Assembly: GCF_009914755.1 (NCBI RefSeq) | Contig: NC_060935.1 | Length of the DNA: 64,000 nucleotides | Origin: the human T2T-CHM13v2.0 reference genome, Homo sapiens | Direction: 5' to 3' (one strand) | Part shown: in pieces, positions 12,886 through 25,669 of the stretch | Layout: each line of letters starts with the position of its first letter | How positions within the stretch are numbered: the first letter of the stretch is position 1 | The notes under the pieces: model-generated | Told to the model about the DNA's origin: nothing | The model's database searches: none | Seen by the model: the letters and a program-made list of their open reading frames with translations, nothing else | Position numbers and translations under genes: made by a program

Positions 12886-15089
12886 ACATGCTTCTTTAAA
12901 AAGATAATTTTCTAACTTATTTTAAAACTACAGTTGACCTATTATTCATAACTATTCATTGCTACTTTAATCAGACTTACTGATTCAGATTGATTTGGAG
13001 CCCTACTTCTTCATTAACTCAGCCAATATTTACCAAGCTTCTCACTAAGTATTGAATATGGAGCTAGGGATAGAGACATAAATAAGCTGTCACCCCTGCC
13101 CTCAAGACTAGCCCAGAAACACAGACAAGGAAACCAAGGAGTGGAATACGAGGCTGCCGTAAAGGAATGAGTGGGTGTGCACAGGCGTGTGGAGTGCAGA
13201 GGCCGGGTCTGCACCGGTGAGGCCCTTGAGGGAAGGGGTTACAGGGGAGACCAGGTGGGGGGTTCCCTCCATATTGAGCCTCCTCCATGTGTCTGTCCCC
13301 CAAGCCCCCTGCCCTCCTGAACTGTCGCACATTGACGGATGTGTAAGATAAACCCCCAGCAGTGAAGCCTGGACTCGCAGAGGAGCAGAACGAGGGGAAA
13401 TGAATACATGAAGTCACGGGCATTTCATGGGTGGACTTGACAGGTATCAGTGATGAAAAGGATGGATTTGCCGAACTGACAGAAAAGAAGACAATTTGGT
13501 TTTGTCATTGTCCTCTGCATCCAGGCAAATCCGATGTGATCGTGGCCGTGACTTTTGGTCGGGTGACATGCAGTTGACGTCCTGGTTGCTGACACCTCCT
13601 TCTGGTTCATCAGGCAAAGCGTTTCTTGTTCTCTGTGGTAGGGGATGAGATTCTTGTGACACCTGTGGCATTCGTGACCAACCCTCCGCTCTGGTGTCTC
13701 TGAGAGGCACCCCCATGCCCTCACTCCACTCATTACAAGGAACAGCAGGCCAGGTTAATGAGCCTGGCCTGGAAGCCAGAGGACGGTGGCTTCCCTTTCT
13801 CCTGCTGCTCCAGAACAGGGCCCCTCGAGGGAGCTGTGGCCAGGCTCAGTCTCCATTCATAGCTCCATCTAGTGTCACTGGTCTGTGCTTCCTCTCCACA
13901 AATGTACTGATTACTTCCATTCAGGCTTCATGCTCAGACATTTAGAGGAAGCTTCAGATGCAAAATTGTTTACAAATTCAACCTTTCTTGAGTCTGAACT
14001 CTGAATGTAAAAAATATATCTGCATAAATCTGAGTGCTAAAAGGCAGACACAGCTTCCATTAAACACTCAGCTCCCTGCCTGCTGCAGGTGTGCTGGGGT
14101 AGTGAACCCCGGTGTGTAGGGCGGGGGGCTCCTCACCCTGGGCATCGCCATGCTGGGGTGAGCTGGACACATCTCGGGATGAGACTGCCTGTGCTTCCTC
14201 TTCACAGTCTCCTCAGACCCAAACTGTCTCCCACACTATAAATCACTTTTATGCTCCACCCCATCACAATCTCACTCCTTATACAAAGTCTCCGACTCAC
14301 TCCTGTCCACACTTGCAGTACAAGACGCCTCCATGCACCTCCTCATGTCTCCCCGGCCCTGCCTGCCTCCCAGTCCCACAGACTCCCGCTGTGCTCGGCT
14401 GACATTGGCCGGTCCGCTGCACGTGGCTCTGAGACGCTGCTGTGTGGTCTGCTCAATGCCTCCTCCTGGCTTGCTGGGACTCCCTGGCTGTGGCTGTGAA
14501 GCCGTGCCCACTGGTTGCATTGCTGGGGCTCGGGCCTCTCTGCCTCCTTTCAGACTTGGATGAGCTGCTGTGGCCCAAGGAGGGCCTGCCGCCGAGGTCT
14601 TCCCACTCCCCATAGGGCCAACTAGACAAACAGACCTGAGGTTATGGGACAGAAAGGAATTACATTCCTCCCAACCTCCTCTCCCCTGGACCGCGTCACA
14701 GTTTGGTTTCATAGAGCACAGCCCATAGGAGATCCGTGGACGTGAATAGATGAAGTAGCAGAGTGACTGACCACCTTCTCAGTGGCTCACCAGGAAGCAG
14801 AGGCCAGTGCAGGATACCCTGACCTCGAACTACTTTTCATTCTTCTCTTCTCCATCTCCCATTTATTTCACATGTGTATCAGGATTGCATCTATTAAGTA
14901 AAGCCTGAGTCTAAATCCTCACATCTGACTCTACTCTTTAGGGGAATTGGGCTGCATAAATTGTATGAGAGAAGTTCTTGAAAGCCAGCTCTCAGGGTGA
15001 GATTTTGGAGCTGGATGAACAGCTTGTGAAGGGCAATCGGAGCCATATGGATGATCGGTGTCAGAGGTGATTACCCTGGGCAGGCTGGG

Positions 15090-15350
15090 CCCTTGCTCGG
15101 TTTCCTTGGGAAGCAGAGAGCCCAAGACCCGGCGATGAGTGCAAATAGTTTTATGTTTTATGTTGAAGATGATAGCAGGAAGATGGAGTGAGGAGGAAGG
15201 GAGATTAAGAAAGACCTGAAGAAAAGCCAGTGTAAATGTGTGTTACTGAGGGAAGTCCCATGAGAAAAAGTGACTAAAGTTTGCTGAGACCTCTGATAAT
15301 TTTTCACATAAAGATTACTGGGATGGACATTTAGTCACTGAGGCCCATCT
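15090..15350 (-). mobile_element. ERVL LTR fragment (LTR33/LTR16-like)
   Basis: GGTTTCCTTGGGAAGCAGAGAG...GAGTGCAAATAGTTTTAT resembles recalled ERVL LTR ends. Confidence 0.4.
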
Positions 15351-15710
15351 CACATTGTTTGAAATTTGTCTCCAGGGACATTAACTCCCACAGCTGCTAC
15401 ACTACTTGTCCTTGGGCCGGTGAGCCAGGTGAGAGCTTGGTCAGCGCCACACAACAGGACCTCCAGGCCCGAGTGCCATAGGCTGGAAGAAGCTGAGGCA
15501 CAGAGAGGCTGTGGTGGGGGAGGAGGGCCCTGAGGAAGAATGAGGGAGGATCTGACACACGCTGCTTGAAGCAGGGCATTTCCACTGAGAACCTGAACTT
15601 GCCTGTAGTTGTCTATCTCAGGCAGCTCTGAAACCAGAGCTGGGTTGAAGACATGCTGTGGGAAACCAGAGACATCTGCCATAGTCTGTGCTTTCCTCAT
15701 TCAGCTAGGC

Positions 15711-16458
15711 TGTGTCTTGGGCCATATCCTTATTAAAGTCACCCTCCTGGCCCCTGTACAAACAAACTAGATTGGCAGTTGATGGATAATATCATAAGCT
15801 TAGCTAGGGGGAAGCTCCAGGCACAGCTACTCCTCTGGAGTGGTGTTCTTACTGGAGTGAATTAATGCGCCGATCATCATCTCACTGCCTCTCCACTGGA
15901 ATCTGTCTTCCCTTGGCCTGCTTTGTGATCCTTGAGCTTGGCCTTGTGGCTGTGTCTCCCCAGCTAGCGGGTGCAATGCGATGCTTTTTCAATAGTCGAC
16001 CCTGGAGGGAAGTTACAAGGTACAGCAGAGGTTGAGCCCTCTGTTCCTGATTCCTGTGTGCTCTTTTTCCTATTGCAGCATGGCTGGAATTCTGGGGTCC
16101 TGGGGTGCCCAGTAAGCTTGTCCGGCATGCCAGAGGATGACTTCCCATGGACCATCCCTGCCCTGTCAGCACCTCAGGGGACTTCTTTTCCACCCACAGA
16201 TGACAGCCGCAGGTCTGACTCTTAACTTTGAGGCTGAGTGAGCCCTTTTCCTCCTTGGCTGTCCCACTCAGTCCTAGAGGTAGGTAGAAATCCCTGCATT
16301 TGCCAAGTCTGTATTCCTTTGAGTTATTTTTCTCTTACCCCTTTTAGTAGTTCACCATGTTACTGTTACTAGTTAGTAATTCTTTACATTAAATTTTCCC
16401 TGTTCTAATTACAGAAAGTTGGCTTCTGTCTCTTGCCAGGGCACTTACAATAAGACAC
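15711..16458 (+). mobile_element. ERVL LTR (LTR41/LTR52-like)
   Basis: 3' end ATTAAATTTTCCCTGTTCTAATTAC...TTCTGTCTC...AAGACA; the 5' boundary is approximate. Confidence 0.45.
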
Positions 16459-17402
16459 AATCTCTGACTCCTGAGAGGCAGCTGCTTATTTGGTGAAAAT
16501 TTTTTTTTGCCAATTCTCATAATGAGGAAGAACCCATGGCAGCTTGCTCTTACATAGCAAGTACAGCAGTACAGTTTTACTCTTGTGCACCATAGCTCTG
16601 CTAACTTTCTTGATCTCTAATCCGAATGCAGTCCAGCGGGATCTAACTGCCTCAACATTCCAGGGCTCATCATGCTGGTCACATAAAAAACACCACACTG
16701 ATTGGACCTGGGGATTAAGAAATGTGCAAATAGTGATATGCGGGTGTGCCAGAAATGGGAGGACAGAATCATGACAATACATTCACCTGTATGAAATTTT
16801 GAGGGCCTAAGGGACTAGGTTATGGTCCATCTCATTTAAGAAAAAGGACAAATTGCTGCTCCTCACACTTCCTTCAACTTAAAAAAAAAAGGTGTGCAGC
16901 TGTCTCTGGATCTTAGGGTGCTATTCTCTGCATTGCTAGCACTTCCCTGATGACAGAAACTTGTGCTGAGGTTTGTGATACTTGCCCTCATTCTTCCAGA
17001 CCTGCTCTTGCCCTGTTTCTTCTCTGGCTTCTCCACTCCTAGCTCTGTAGCCCACCCTGTGATCAGGTGGGTGAGCATGGCCTCTAGGTTAGATCTGAGC
17101 TTTCCCCAGAAGACTCTGTCTTGCCTGCGGCTTTGGCTCTCAGCACCTTCGATGCCTGCACTAAAGATTCTGCACTCCAGTCCCGGTCCTAGGACTTGTC
17201 TTGGCAGGGCTGGTAGGGTCTCTGTGAAGGACACTTCATCTGGGCTACTTCTGGAGCTCAGTGCGGGGAGCCCAGCCTCAGCAGGCTCTTGCTGGGCAGG
17301 AGGAGGCCCCAGATGGCATCCCCAGCTGCCGGCATGAGTGGGAATTTTTGTGGCTAGAAATCAGAGAGCTGATGCAGGGCCCACGTTGCAGCTGACAGTG
17401 CA

Positions 17403-17639
17403 CCTGACACGGGAGCCACCGCAAGAGTAGAGGGGAAGGAGGACTTGGAGGGAAATAGAAACTGCCTGACACGGGACCCACTGCAAGAGTAGAGAGGAAG
17501 GAGGACTTGGAGGGAAATAGAAACTGCCTGACACGAGACCCACTGCAAGAGTAGAGGGGAAGGAGGACTTGGAGGAAAATCCTGCAAGAGTAGAGGGGAA
17601 GGAGGGGAAGGAGGACTTGGAGGAAAATAGAAACTGCCT
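17403..17639. repeat. 62-bp purine-rich tandem repeat, about 3.8 copies
   Basis: CTGACACGGGACCCACTGCAAGAGTAGAGGGGAAGGAGGACTTGGAGGGAAATAGAAACTGC starts at 17404, 17466 and 17528, followed by a rearranged last copy. Confidence 0.95.
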
Positions 17640-18126
17640 CGAGGGCTGACCAGGAGACACCCCAGCCTCTGGGATTTCCCAGTTTGGAGAGGGTACTGGG
17701 CTGCCACAGGTCATGATGCAGCCAGTCTCATCTAGAAGCTCAGAGGCAGGGTGAACTCAGAATATATCTGATTTCAATAAAAACTGAACATTTAGGTCAA
17801 ATCACTATTTAAGTCCTTCCAGTCTCAGCTTGGGTGATTTCATGAGCCCTCTTCTCTAGCTAAACTCTGAGGTCCAGACCTGGGGTGAACCCACCTGCAG
17901 CCCAGCTACTGGGGTCATTCCAGCCCCTGTCCCCATGGCCTCCCACGGGGAGGGTCTCTGTTCCCCCTGAGCTCTGCGAGCAGCCCTGCTGTGGGACAGC
18001 ACTTTCTCCCTGATTGAGTGAGGATTTTGACCCACCCCAGCAGTGACAGAAGGGTGCGTCACATGAGTGGAACCAGGGACAGAGAGCAACATTTGGAAGA
18101 GTCCACATGGAGACACCAGTGTGCCT

Positions 18127-18396
18127 GGCAGGGTAGAGGCGGGCCCTGGAGAAGGCAGGGTAGAGGCGGGCCCTGGAGAAGGCAGGGTAGAGGCGGGCCC
18201 TGGAGAAGGCAGGGTAGAGGCGGGCCCTGGAGAAGGCAGGGTAGAGGCGGGCCCTGGAGAAGGCAGGGTAGAGGCGGGCCCTGGAGAAGGCAGGGTAGAG
18301 GCGGGCCCTGGAGAAGGCAGGGTAGAGGGGGGCCCTGGAGAAGGCAGGGTAGAGGCGGGCCCTGGAGAAGGCAGGGTAGAGGCGGGCCCTGGAGAA
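18127..18396. repeat. 27-bp minisatellite, 10 copies
   Basis: GGCAGGGTAGAGGCGGGCCCTGGAGAA x10; the only variant is C>G in copy 8. Confidence 0.98.
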
Positions 18397-18629
18397 GGGT
18401 GCGGCTCCCTAGGGAGAGCATTGGGTGGCGCAGGAGTCGAGGAGCAAAAACCAACCCACCCATGACTCACAGGGCCCTGGAAGCAGAACGAGGCGCCCCA
18501 ACCCAGACACTTGGGCTGCATTGGAGAGGACAGAGTTGCCGTCCTGACCTGCTGTGAGCAGTGTGGCTGTGGCAAGAGACAGATCAGCTCTGGGGGGAAG
18601 CCTCAAGCGATGAAGCCAGGTAGCCCTCA

Positions 18630-18803
18630 CCTTGTCACTACCTGTGTGACTTTCAGCAGGAGTCACACTCTGTAAGCCTTAGATTCCCAATCTGTAAAAT
18701 GTTTCATAGGACTATTGGTGAAGGACGAATGATGTAGAATGTATTGAAAATTTAGTCAGGTGCCTGACACAGAGCGAGTGCTTGGTGAGTGTGAACCATT
18801 ATT
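18630..18803 (+). mobile_element. MIR
   Basis: CTGTGTGACTTT...ATCTGTAAAATG...GTGCCTGACACAGAG. Confidence 0.7.
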
Positions 18804-21800
18804 CCAGTTCAAGGGAAAGGCAGGTCAGAGGTCCTGGAGAGGAAGTGCCTACACTCCAGGTGTCTAAGGTGGCCCCTTCCCTCTCCTCTTCCCTGTGGGG
18901 ACAGAGTGCTGAGGTGGGAGCAGGCTGGAATGAGATCCATGCAGCCTGGGACCTGCCTGTGCCACTGCCAGCCACCACATGTCTCCCTATTGCCTTTCAC
19001 TTGTGCGGTGGGCACTGAGCAGGGGCCTCTGACCCCCAGGGACAGGAGGCTCTGGGCAGCAGGGGCGCAGGCACTCCCAGGAGGAGAGGGTCACAGGGAC
19101 AGGCAGGAAGGAGGGGAATTCCAGAAAGCTTCCCAGGGAGATGCTGACCCTGGGGTCCCTGTCTGGAAGGGGAGAAGGTAGCAGCGGGTACCAAGATGGG
19201 GATAGACTCGGGGGCCAGGCGTGGCACTGGCTGGACCATCATACATCAGGGCATGGCCCCCGTGCTCTGAGGCAATTCACGGAAGCCCCAGGCCTCTGTG
19301 CAGCCCCCAAGAGAAATGTTTCCCCAGTGTCCACAGGCCGCTGTTGGGACATAATTCATGAGGCTGATCTGTATTTCCAATAGGACACAGTGCAGAACGG
19401 CTGTTTGATGGGGATGGGGAGACTGGGAGCAGCTGTGCGGAAGTGCAGAGGAAAAAGGAGCTCAGCCTGCCCTCAGGAAGCTCCGGATTCATGGGAGGAA
19501 GGTGCTATCCATGTCACCAGTGCTGTGTAGGCTGCCGTGGAAGAGAAGATTCACTCGGGAGACCCCTGGACATCCTGGGAAGAAAGCAGGACACTCTGTG
19601 TAACCAGAAGCCTTGGACCCACTACCCACTGCCATGGATCCTCGAACAGGCCTTTTGCCCTCTCGAGAATTAGCTTCACTGAGCCTTTTTTGGTCCTGCC
19701 AGGGCCCCAAGCATTGTTGGGAAATTGGGGAGTCCCTTGGCTCTGCGATGAGTCATTGGCGCTGGCAGAGAGAAGCCTTCCCATTTGCATTCACGCAAAT
19801 GAAGTGGGGAAATCCTAGGTTTGGAAACTTAGACCGTGAGCGCTTCTCTTTTCCAAGTTTCCTATAACCCATAGAAGTCAGGGCTTAAATCAGAAGAGCT
19901 TCCTGACTTTGCCCTTATTATGATCCTGAATAGATACTGCCCTCTGCATGTTAGTTTCCTCATCTGTAAAACAGACTCACATGCTAATTGTGAGGCTCAC
20001 CTGAAGTGAGAGGGGTGAAAGGTGTCTGTAAACTTGAAAGTCCTATGCAGATGGTGCTGCTAGAAGGGTGACAGCATGAGCCTGGTTACTGTCATCCCTC
20101 AGACCTATGGCTTCTCCTGGAGCCTCACCACCACTAGGTCATAGCTGGAGGCTGCCTGGGTTCATCTTGTGACATCACAGCGGACACACAAGCCCGGGCA
20201 GAAAAATGAAAATGCTCTATAGATGCTCCCGAAATGTGGTCCCTACGTGTTGCCATGACCAGAGAACTTTCTGGAAACAGCACCCAAGGCATTGGGTAGC
20301 TTTTCTTTCCCATAAATAGCATCTCCTGCTGTGTGGCCCAGAGTCTCCCGAGAATCTCTGCTGCCCAGATCCCCCTTCCAGCTCCTCCTGTCAGTTGGGG
20401 GGCAGGCTTGGCAATGCTGGAGAACAACTGGCACCTGCAGACATCAGCAACGGCTCGGTCTGAGGTGCACTCTGGCTTGGTGCAAATGAGCCCAGCCCCT
20501 GGGCTCCTAATATGGCTTCTCCAGCCTTCTTTCCAGGAGGCTGGCTCATTTCTCAGTCTCAATCCTGGAATGACAGAAGGTTCTCTCCTCTAAAAACCCA
20601 CTTTTCTAGGCACTCTATGTTGAAATCTCAAACTCCTGGACACAATCCAAAGGTGAAGCTTCCTGATACACCTGCCCCTCCCATTTTGAACACAGCATTC
20701 CAGCCTCTTGGCAGCTTGGGATTGGTTCGTAGCTGCATTGCGGCACTTTCCTCCTCTGGCCAGGTGTCATTGCCATCTGGGCATGTGGTCATCTCCTGTA
20801 CATGACTGTGACCCCTACAGGATAAGGAGCCTCTCCCTCTTCCTGCACCTTCCACAGTGAACCAAGCACTGTGTGGGATGAGAGACTCAGGCTTTGAGAC
20901 TCACTCAATACTCGCAGTACTGCCACTCGTGGTTTGGTATTGAGCAGTAGTTTGTAAACCAGTTTCATACGTATATTTTTTTTTATTTAAACTTTCCTGA
21001 AATGTTGTCTTCTGCATCAGGGAGATGGCAGGAATGAGAATGACTGTCAGAGCCTTTCCTTCCCAGGTCCCAGCACAGTGCAGCACGTCGGAGACCCTGC
21101 GGCACGTCGGAGACCCTGCAGAAGGGCCTATTTAGTGAGTTCTCAAGGTGCTGTTCTCATGATGGAGGTGGGAAGATGGAAGCTCAGGGAGTTTAAATGA
21201 GCATTCTAAGGTTTAGTAAATGCTAAAGACCAGACACAAAGCCAGGTCCTCTGATCCCAACAGCAACACTTTTTCCAGTGGAGGAGAATCCAGGAAGAGC
21301 TACAATCATTCTGATGCTGAAACTGCGCTTTTCAGCTCCCTCGGTCACTTGAAGACATGATCTTTCCCACCGTAACTCCTGGCTTCTCCCTCCATTCCAG
21401 CTTGAACACTCTACATACTCGAGCACTAATCACACAGCCAACATTGGGACTTTCTGACGGGGGGTGCCATGGCAGCCTGTTGCTCTGAGAGCTGGTTCAC
21501 ACCTGGGCTGAGATGTGGATTCCTCCCCTTTGCAGGTGGAGACTGGGACTGCCATGGGCCTCCCCAGCTGGCCCCCTTCGGCAGCAAGTAGCAGCCCCAT
21601 GGAGGGATGCCAGCATGCCCTGGTGCCTTGCAGTGCTCACACTCTCCACATATGCATGTCACGAATGAGAGAGGGCTGGGCAACACTCTCTGCCCCACAC
21701 CCGTACCCAGACCACATGCATCCTCTCTCCTCCTCCCCGGAACAGCTCCCGCTTTGAGAAAGCTTTTCCTAAACAGGTCGTAAGGAGTTTTCCCGGTTGT

Positions 21801-21929
21801 CTCTCTGGCACCCAGGCTTTCTTAACAAAACCTCCCCATTCACTTATCTTCTGTCCCGCAGGGTCACTGGTGGACGCTCCCCTGCACTCAAGTCACCAAA
21901 TCCCACAGAGGGTTGGAGAAGAGGGGGCG

Positions 21930-22135
21930 GCTTTGCAGTGAGACAGACCTGCGTTCGAATTCCAGCTTTGGTTCAAATGACGAGCTGTGTGCCCTGGGGC
22001 AAGTCATTTGTTTAGTTTTTGTTCATCAACTTCCTCCTCTGTAAAATGAGAATGGACTTGAGTAAAAACATGCCTGTGAAGTATTTAGCAAAGAGCCGGC
22101 ACAGGGTAATCACTCACTGCATAGTTACTACTGTC
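21930..22135 (+). mobile_element. MIR
   Basis: AGACAGACCTGCGTTCGAATTCCAGCT...GGGCAAGTCA...TCTGTAAAATGAG. Confidence 0.75.
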
Positions 22136-22309
22136 CTGGTCATTGTCATGACAATTACCAGTCACTCTCTGTTTCCTTCCTGACTTTAGACGGCACATCT
22201 AAAAGCCCCCACGACAACATCTGACACAACGTAACGAGATTGTAGCGCTGTCTAAGAAACAACCCTGCAAAGCAGCCACAAACTAGGCTCTCATCCCGAC
22301 GATTTGAGC

Positions 22310-22850
22310 GCCCTGGTTACATGGAAGTTTAATTTCTTCCTGGCTAAATCTAGAACGTGGGAAATTCTGCAGAAATAAATGACCTAGTTTCTTGAACAGA
22401 ATAAACTGCATGGGAAGAGGGGAATGCAGGTGTGACAGGTGTAAAGAAAGCAGCCGGTGTGTGTAGGCCCTGGATAAAACCTGATTGAAACACAGTGACT
22501 GTAAGAAGGTCCCTCTCCCCACTTTTTTGAAAACCTCAAGAAATTTGAGCATAAGCCAAGTATTAGTTTAATTGTTAGAAATCTTGTTAGATATAATTGT
22601 AGAAGTGCAGTTATGGGCTAAATATGTTTATTTATTAAAAATACATGAGGAAGTACTTTCAGGTAAAATTGTAATGCCTGGAATTTGCTAGAAAATCTCC
22701 GAGGAGAGATCTGAGGGTGGGGAGATGAAAGAAGCCAGGCATGAGCCGGGGGAGGTACAGAGGCTGAGGCTGAACACCCTTCACTCTTCTTTCTACTCTC
22801 ATGTAATGTGGATGTTTCTATAATGAAGTAAGTATAAAAGTCAACAAAAC
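22310..22850 (+). mobile_element. Ancient L1ME/L1MC 3' UTR fragment
   Basis: GGAAATTCTGCAGAAATAAATGACCTAGTTTCTTGAACA and ATGCCTGGAATTTGCT motifs; AT-rich. Confidence 0.45.
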
Positions 22851-25638
22851 CTCCCACTAACCTAACTGTGTCCGGGTTTCCGAGGTTCCCGGTTTCAGCT
22901 CAGCTGCCTGTGTTCTGGGGAGGGACTCCTCTCCAGCTGAGGGATCCGCGGGGACTGGCTCCCTCACACACACACAGCAGCACCTGCTGCCCGGGCACTC
23001 AGGCCTCTGCCTTACACCCTCTCTACCACGCTAGACACGCAGGACCCTGGGCCAGTGACCTAACCCCTCTGCACCTCGGAGCCTCCGTGTCAAACTTGGC
23101 TTGGGGATATCAAGCCTCTAGGCTTGTGTCTGCTGCATAAGAAGCCCTCCAAAAGCATTGCTCCGCCCCTCTCTCGGGCTCTGTTCTCTCCTGGTCTATC
23201 TAAACCTCAGATGGCTACAGAAGCCCAGCACTCTGTGAGCCTGTCAGGGGAGCTGATGGCCCCAGTGATGCAGGCCTGGCAGTCTGGGGTGAGGAAGACA
23301 GCTCCAAGCCCAGTCACCTCTCCCTTCCTGTGCCTATCTGTGAACTAGAGCTTCAAGCAGCTCCAAATAAACTCGAGAGCTCCTGGCTATGCAACATTGA
23401 TATCTTGGCCTCGAAGCGGGAAATCTGAGCCAACTTAATATCTTCCTTGAATAATCTGCTAATTTTGATGCCAGGAGCACTTCACCAGCTGTCGATAGCT
23501 CCAGTGAGAAATGAACCAGAAGAGACACGTTTGACCTGCTGTGGATTCAGATCCAACCACACGTGTGGGACTTGGGAGACAGGCACGTGGGTGTGCACGT
23601 TGTCAGCAGGGGCTGGCTTCAGACTGAGGCTGAACACATACAGGAGCCCAGACCAGGTGGCCTTGGCCCTTGTAGGCGATGGTGAGAATACTGATTTGTA
23701 TTAAGAGGAATGAAAGATTTGGAGAGGAAGCAATTCTGATTTTCACCATCAAATGACAAGAACTGATCTTCTGCCTTTAAGTAGTTATAATTAGGTCATT
23801 GCAAAATTAACAAAATTAATAAGCTTATATCTGGGAGACCTCTTAAGACAGCAGTGTCCAGCTGGGTAATGGCACGGATTATGCCCACACAGCCTGGCCA
23901 CTCTGTTGGGGGAGCAGCCCCCGCTGGGGCAGCCTAGGGAGAGGATGCAGGCCTTCCCCATCAGCTCAGCAGCTTATGGCTCAGTGGGTTTAGATGCTGG
24001 TAGTAAGCTCCTCACCCTCTTGCCCAATGTCTACAAAGGGTTGTTTTGTTCATGATGTCCAGAGGTCTAGTTGCTCATGACAGGTGGATAAGTCCAGTGA
24101 CTCCACTGGGGCCTGAGGCAGAATTGTTGCGGCACCTCCTCATTTCTCCCGTTCCCTCCCCTATCCCAGGCAGGTCCTGGCTAAAGACGTCCTTGGCCAG
24201 CTGGGTGTCAGGGGTAGGATCTTGCCCCTCAACTCCTGGCCACAGGGGGACTTTCTCCTTATCTACAGCCCAGGCCAATAGTCTCTTTCTCTGTCCTTAA
24301 GGGATTTAGGGAATAGCCGGTCCTCTCTCACCCTCGAATGGATCACATGTTATTGATCTCATGTGTCACCACCCAGGGTAGGTTTCTGTGGCCTGCATCC
24401 AACTCCAGGCAGGCGCTGCTCCTCGTCTCCCAGGCACCACAGGCATTTTCCTCCGTGTGCCCTCTCAGAGGCTGTGGTGGTGTGTGTGGAAAGAGCCTGC
24501 ACCCCTTCTGTGTCAACTTCATCACCAATTAAGTAAAGCTTGGCATCCTCAGAGGAAAGATTTTATTATAAATTCTTAACATATTTAGAAATATCAGCAT
24601 AATCATTATAATGCATTATTCAGTTAGTTAAATGTGCTTTAAAAAAAAACATGAAATATATCTTCATTGTACAGGCATCTGTTGTTTCTTGCAAACGATT
24701 ATCTGTCACTGAATCATCAATTTTTTATTTTATTGTGTGTCTAAGGCTATTTGTTCTAATTAAGGTGCATGCATGGTGCCAAGCAGGCTTGCCTGACTGT
24801 GGAAGGGGCTCCAGTCCTGCTTTGTCTAACAGTCCTGAATGTGCCGGATGGGCAACCCCAGGAGTGACAGGAGTCAGGATTTTGGGACAGGCATGTCAGG
24901 GGTGTGTGAGCTCAATCCCACCCCTGCAGGAAGGTTTCTGCCCACCAGGACCCACAGCCCTGTATGCCTGAGTCCCACCCTCCCTTCCCCACCTGATGTG
25001 CCTCTGACACCCAAGAAAGGAGGCTGCAGAGAGGCCCCTGGCAGCTCCTGTCCTGCTCTGCCAGGCAGGCCACCCAGGGGACAGTGGCAAGCCCTGTGGT
25101 GGGCACCCTGGGTTCTGGGACTTCAGGGAGCAAGGGCTAGGAAGGAGGCAGCTCCTGGGACTGGCATTCTTCCCTGGAGATGCAGGCTCACTCTGAGCCT
25201 CCTCTCCTGGGCTCCAGGTGCAGAAGGGGAGGGGTGGTGCTGGGGAGATGGAGGTGGGGAGAAAAATGAAGTTTTATTAAGGGGTCACTATGTAATGAGA
25301 GGGATTTATAGATAATAAGGCAAAGAAAATTAAGAGTGAACATGATGATGAGCTGAGACAAGAGGCTTTATGACTTTCCCTCTGGCCACATCAAGTCTAC
25401 CAAGCATAAAAGATGGGAAATAAAAACAAAAAAGGCATTGTCCCTTTCAGAGTGCTCTAAAGTTGGCACTTCTCATAGTGGGGTTTGATGTTGGCTTCAC
25501 ACTATAGACTCACTCTTTCCCTCTCCCTAAGCATCCCCCACCTCCCCTCCCAGCACAGGAGCCTCCAGTGAGACATCCACCCCTTCCCCCATCCAATAGC
25601 CACTTCCTTTTAGCACTCACAAATCATAATGTTGAGCT

Positions 25639-25669
25639 GTGTGTGTGTGTGTGCACGCATGTGTGTGTG
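25639..25669. repeat. Interrupted (TG)n microsatellite
   Basis: Read directly. Confidence 0.85.

Noticed and set aside
17856-18575. ORFs of 132-239 aa on both strands
   Set aside because: Produced by the in-frame 27-bp minisatellite
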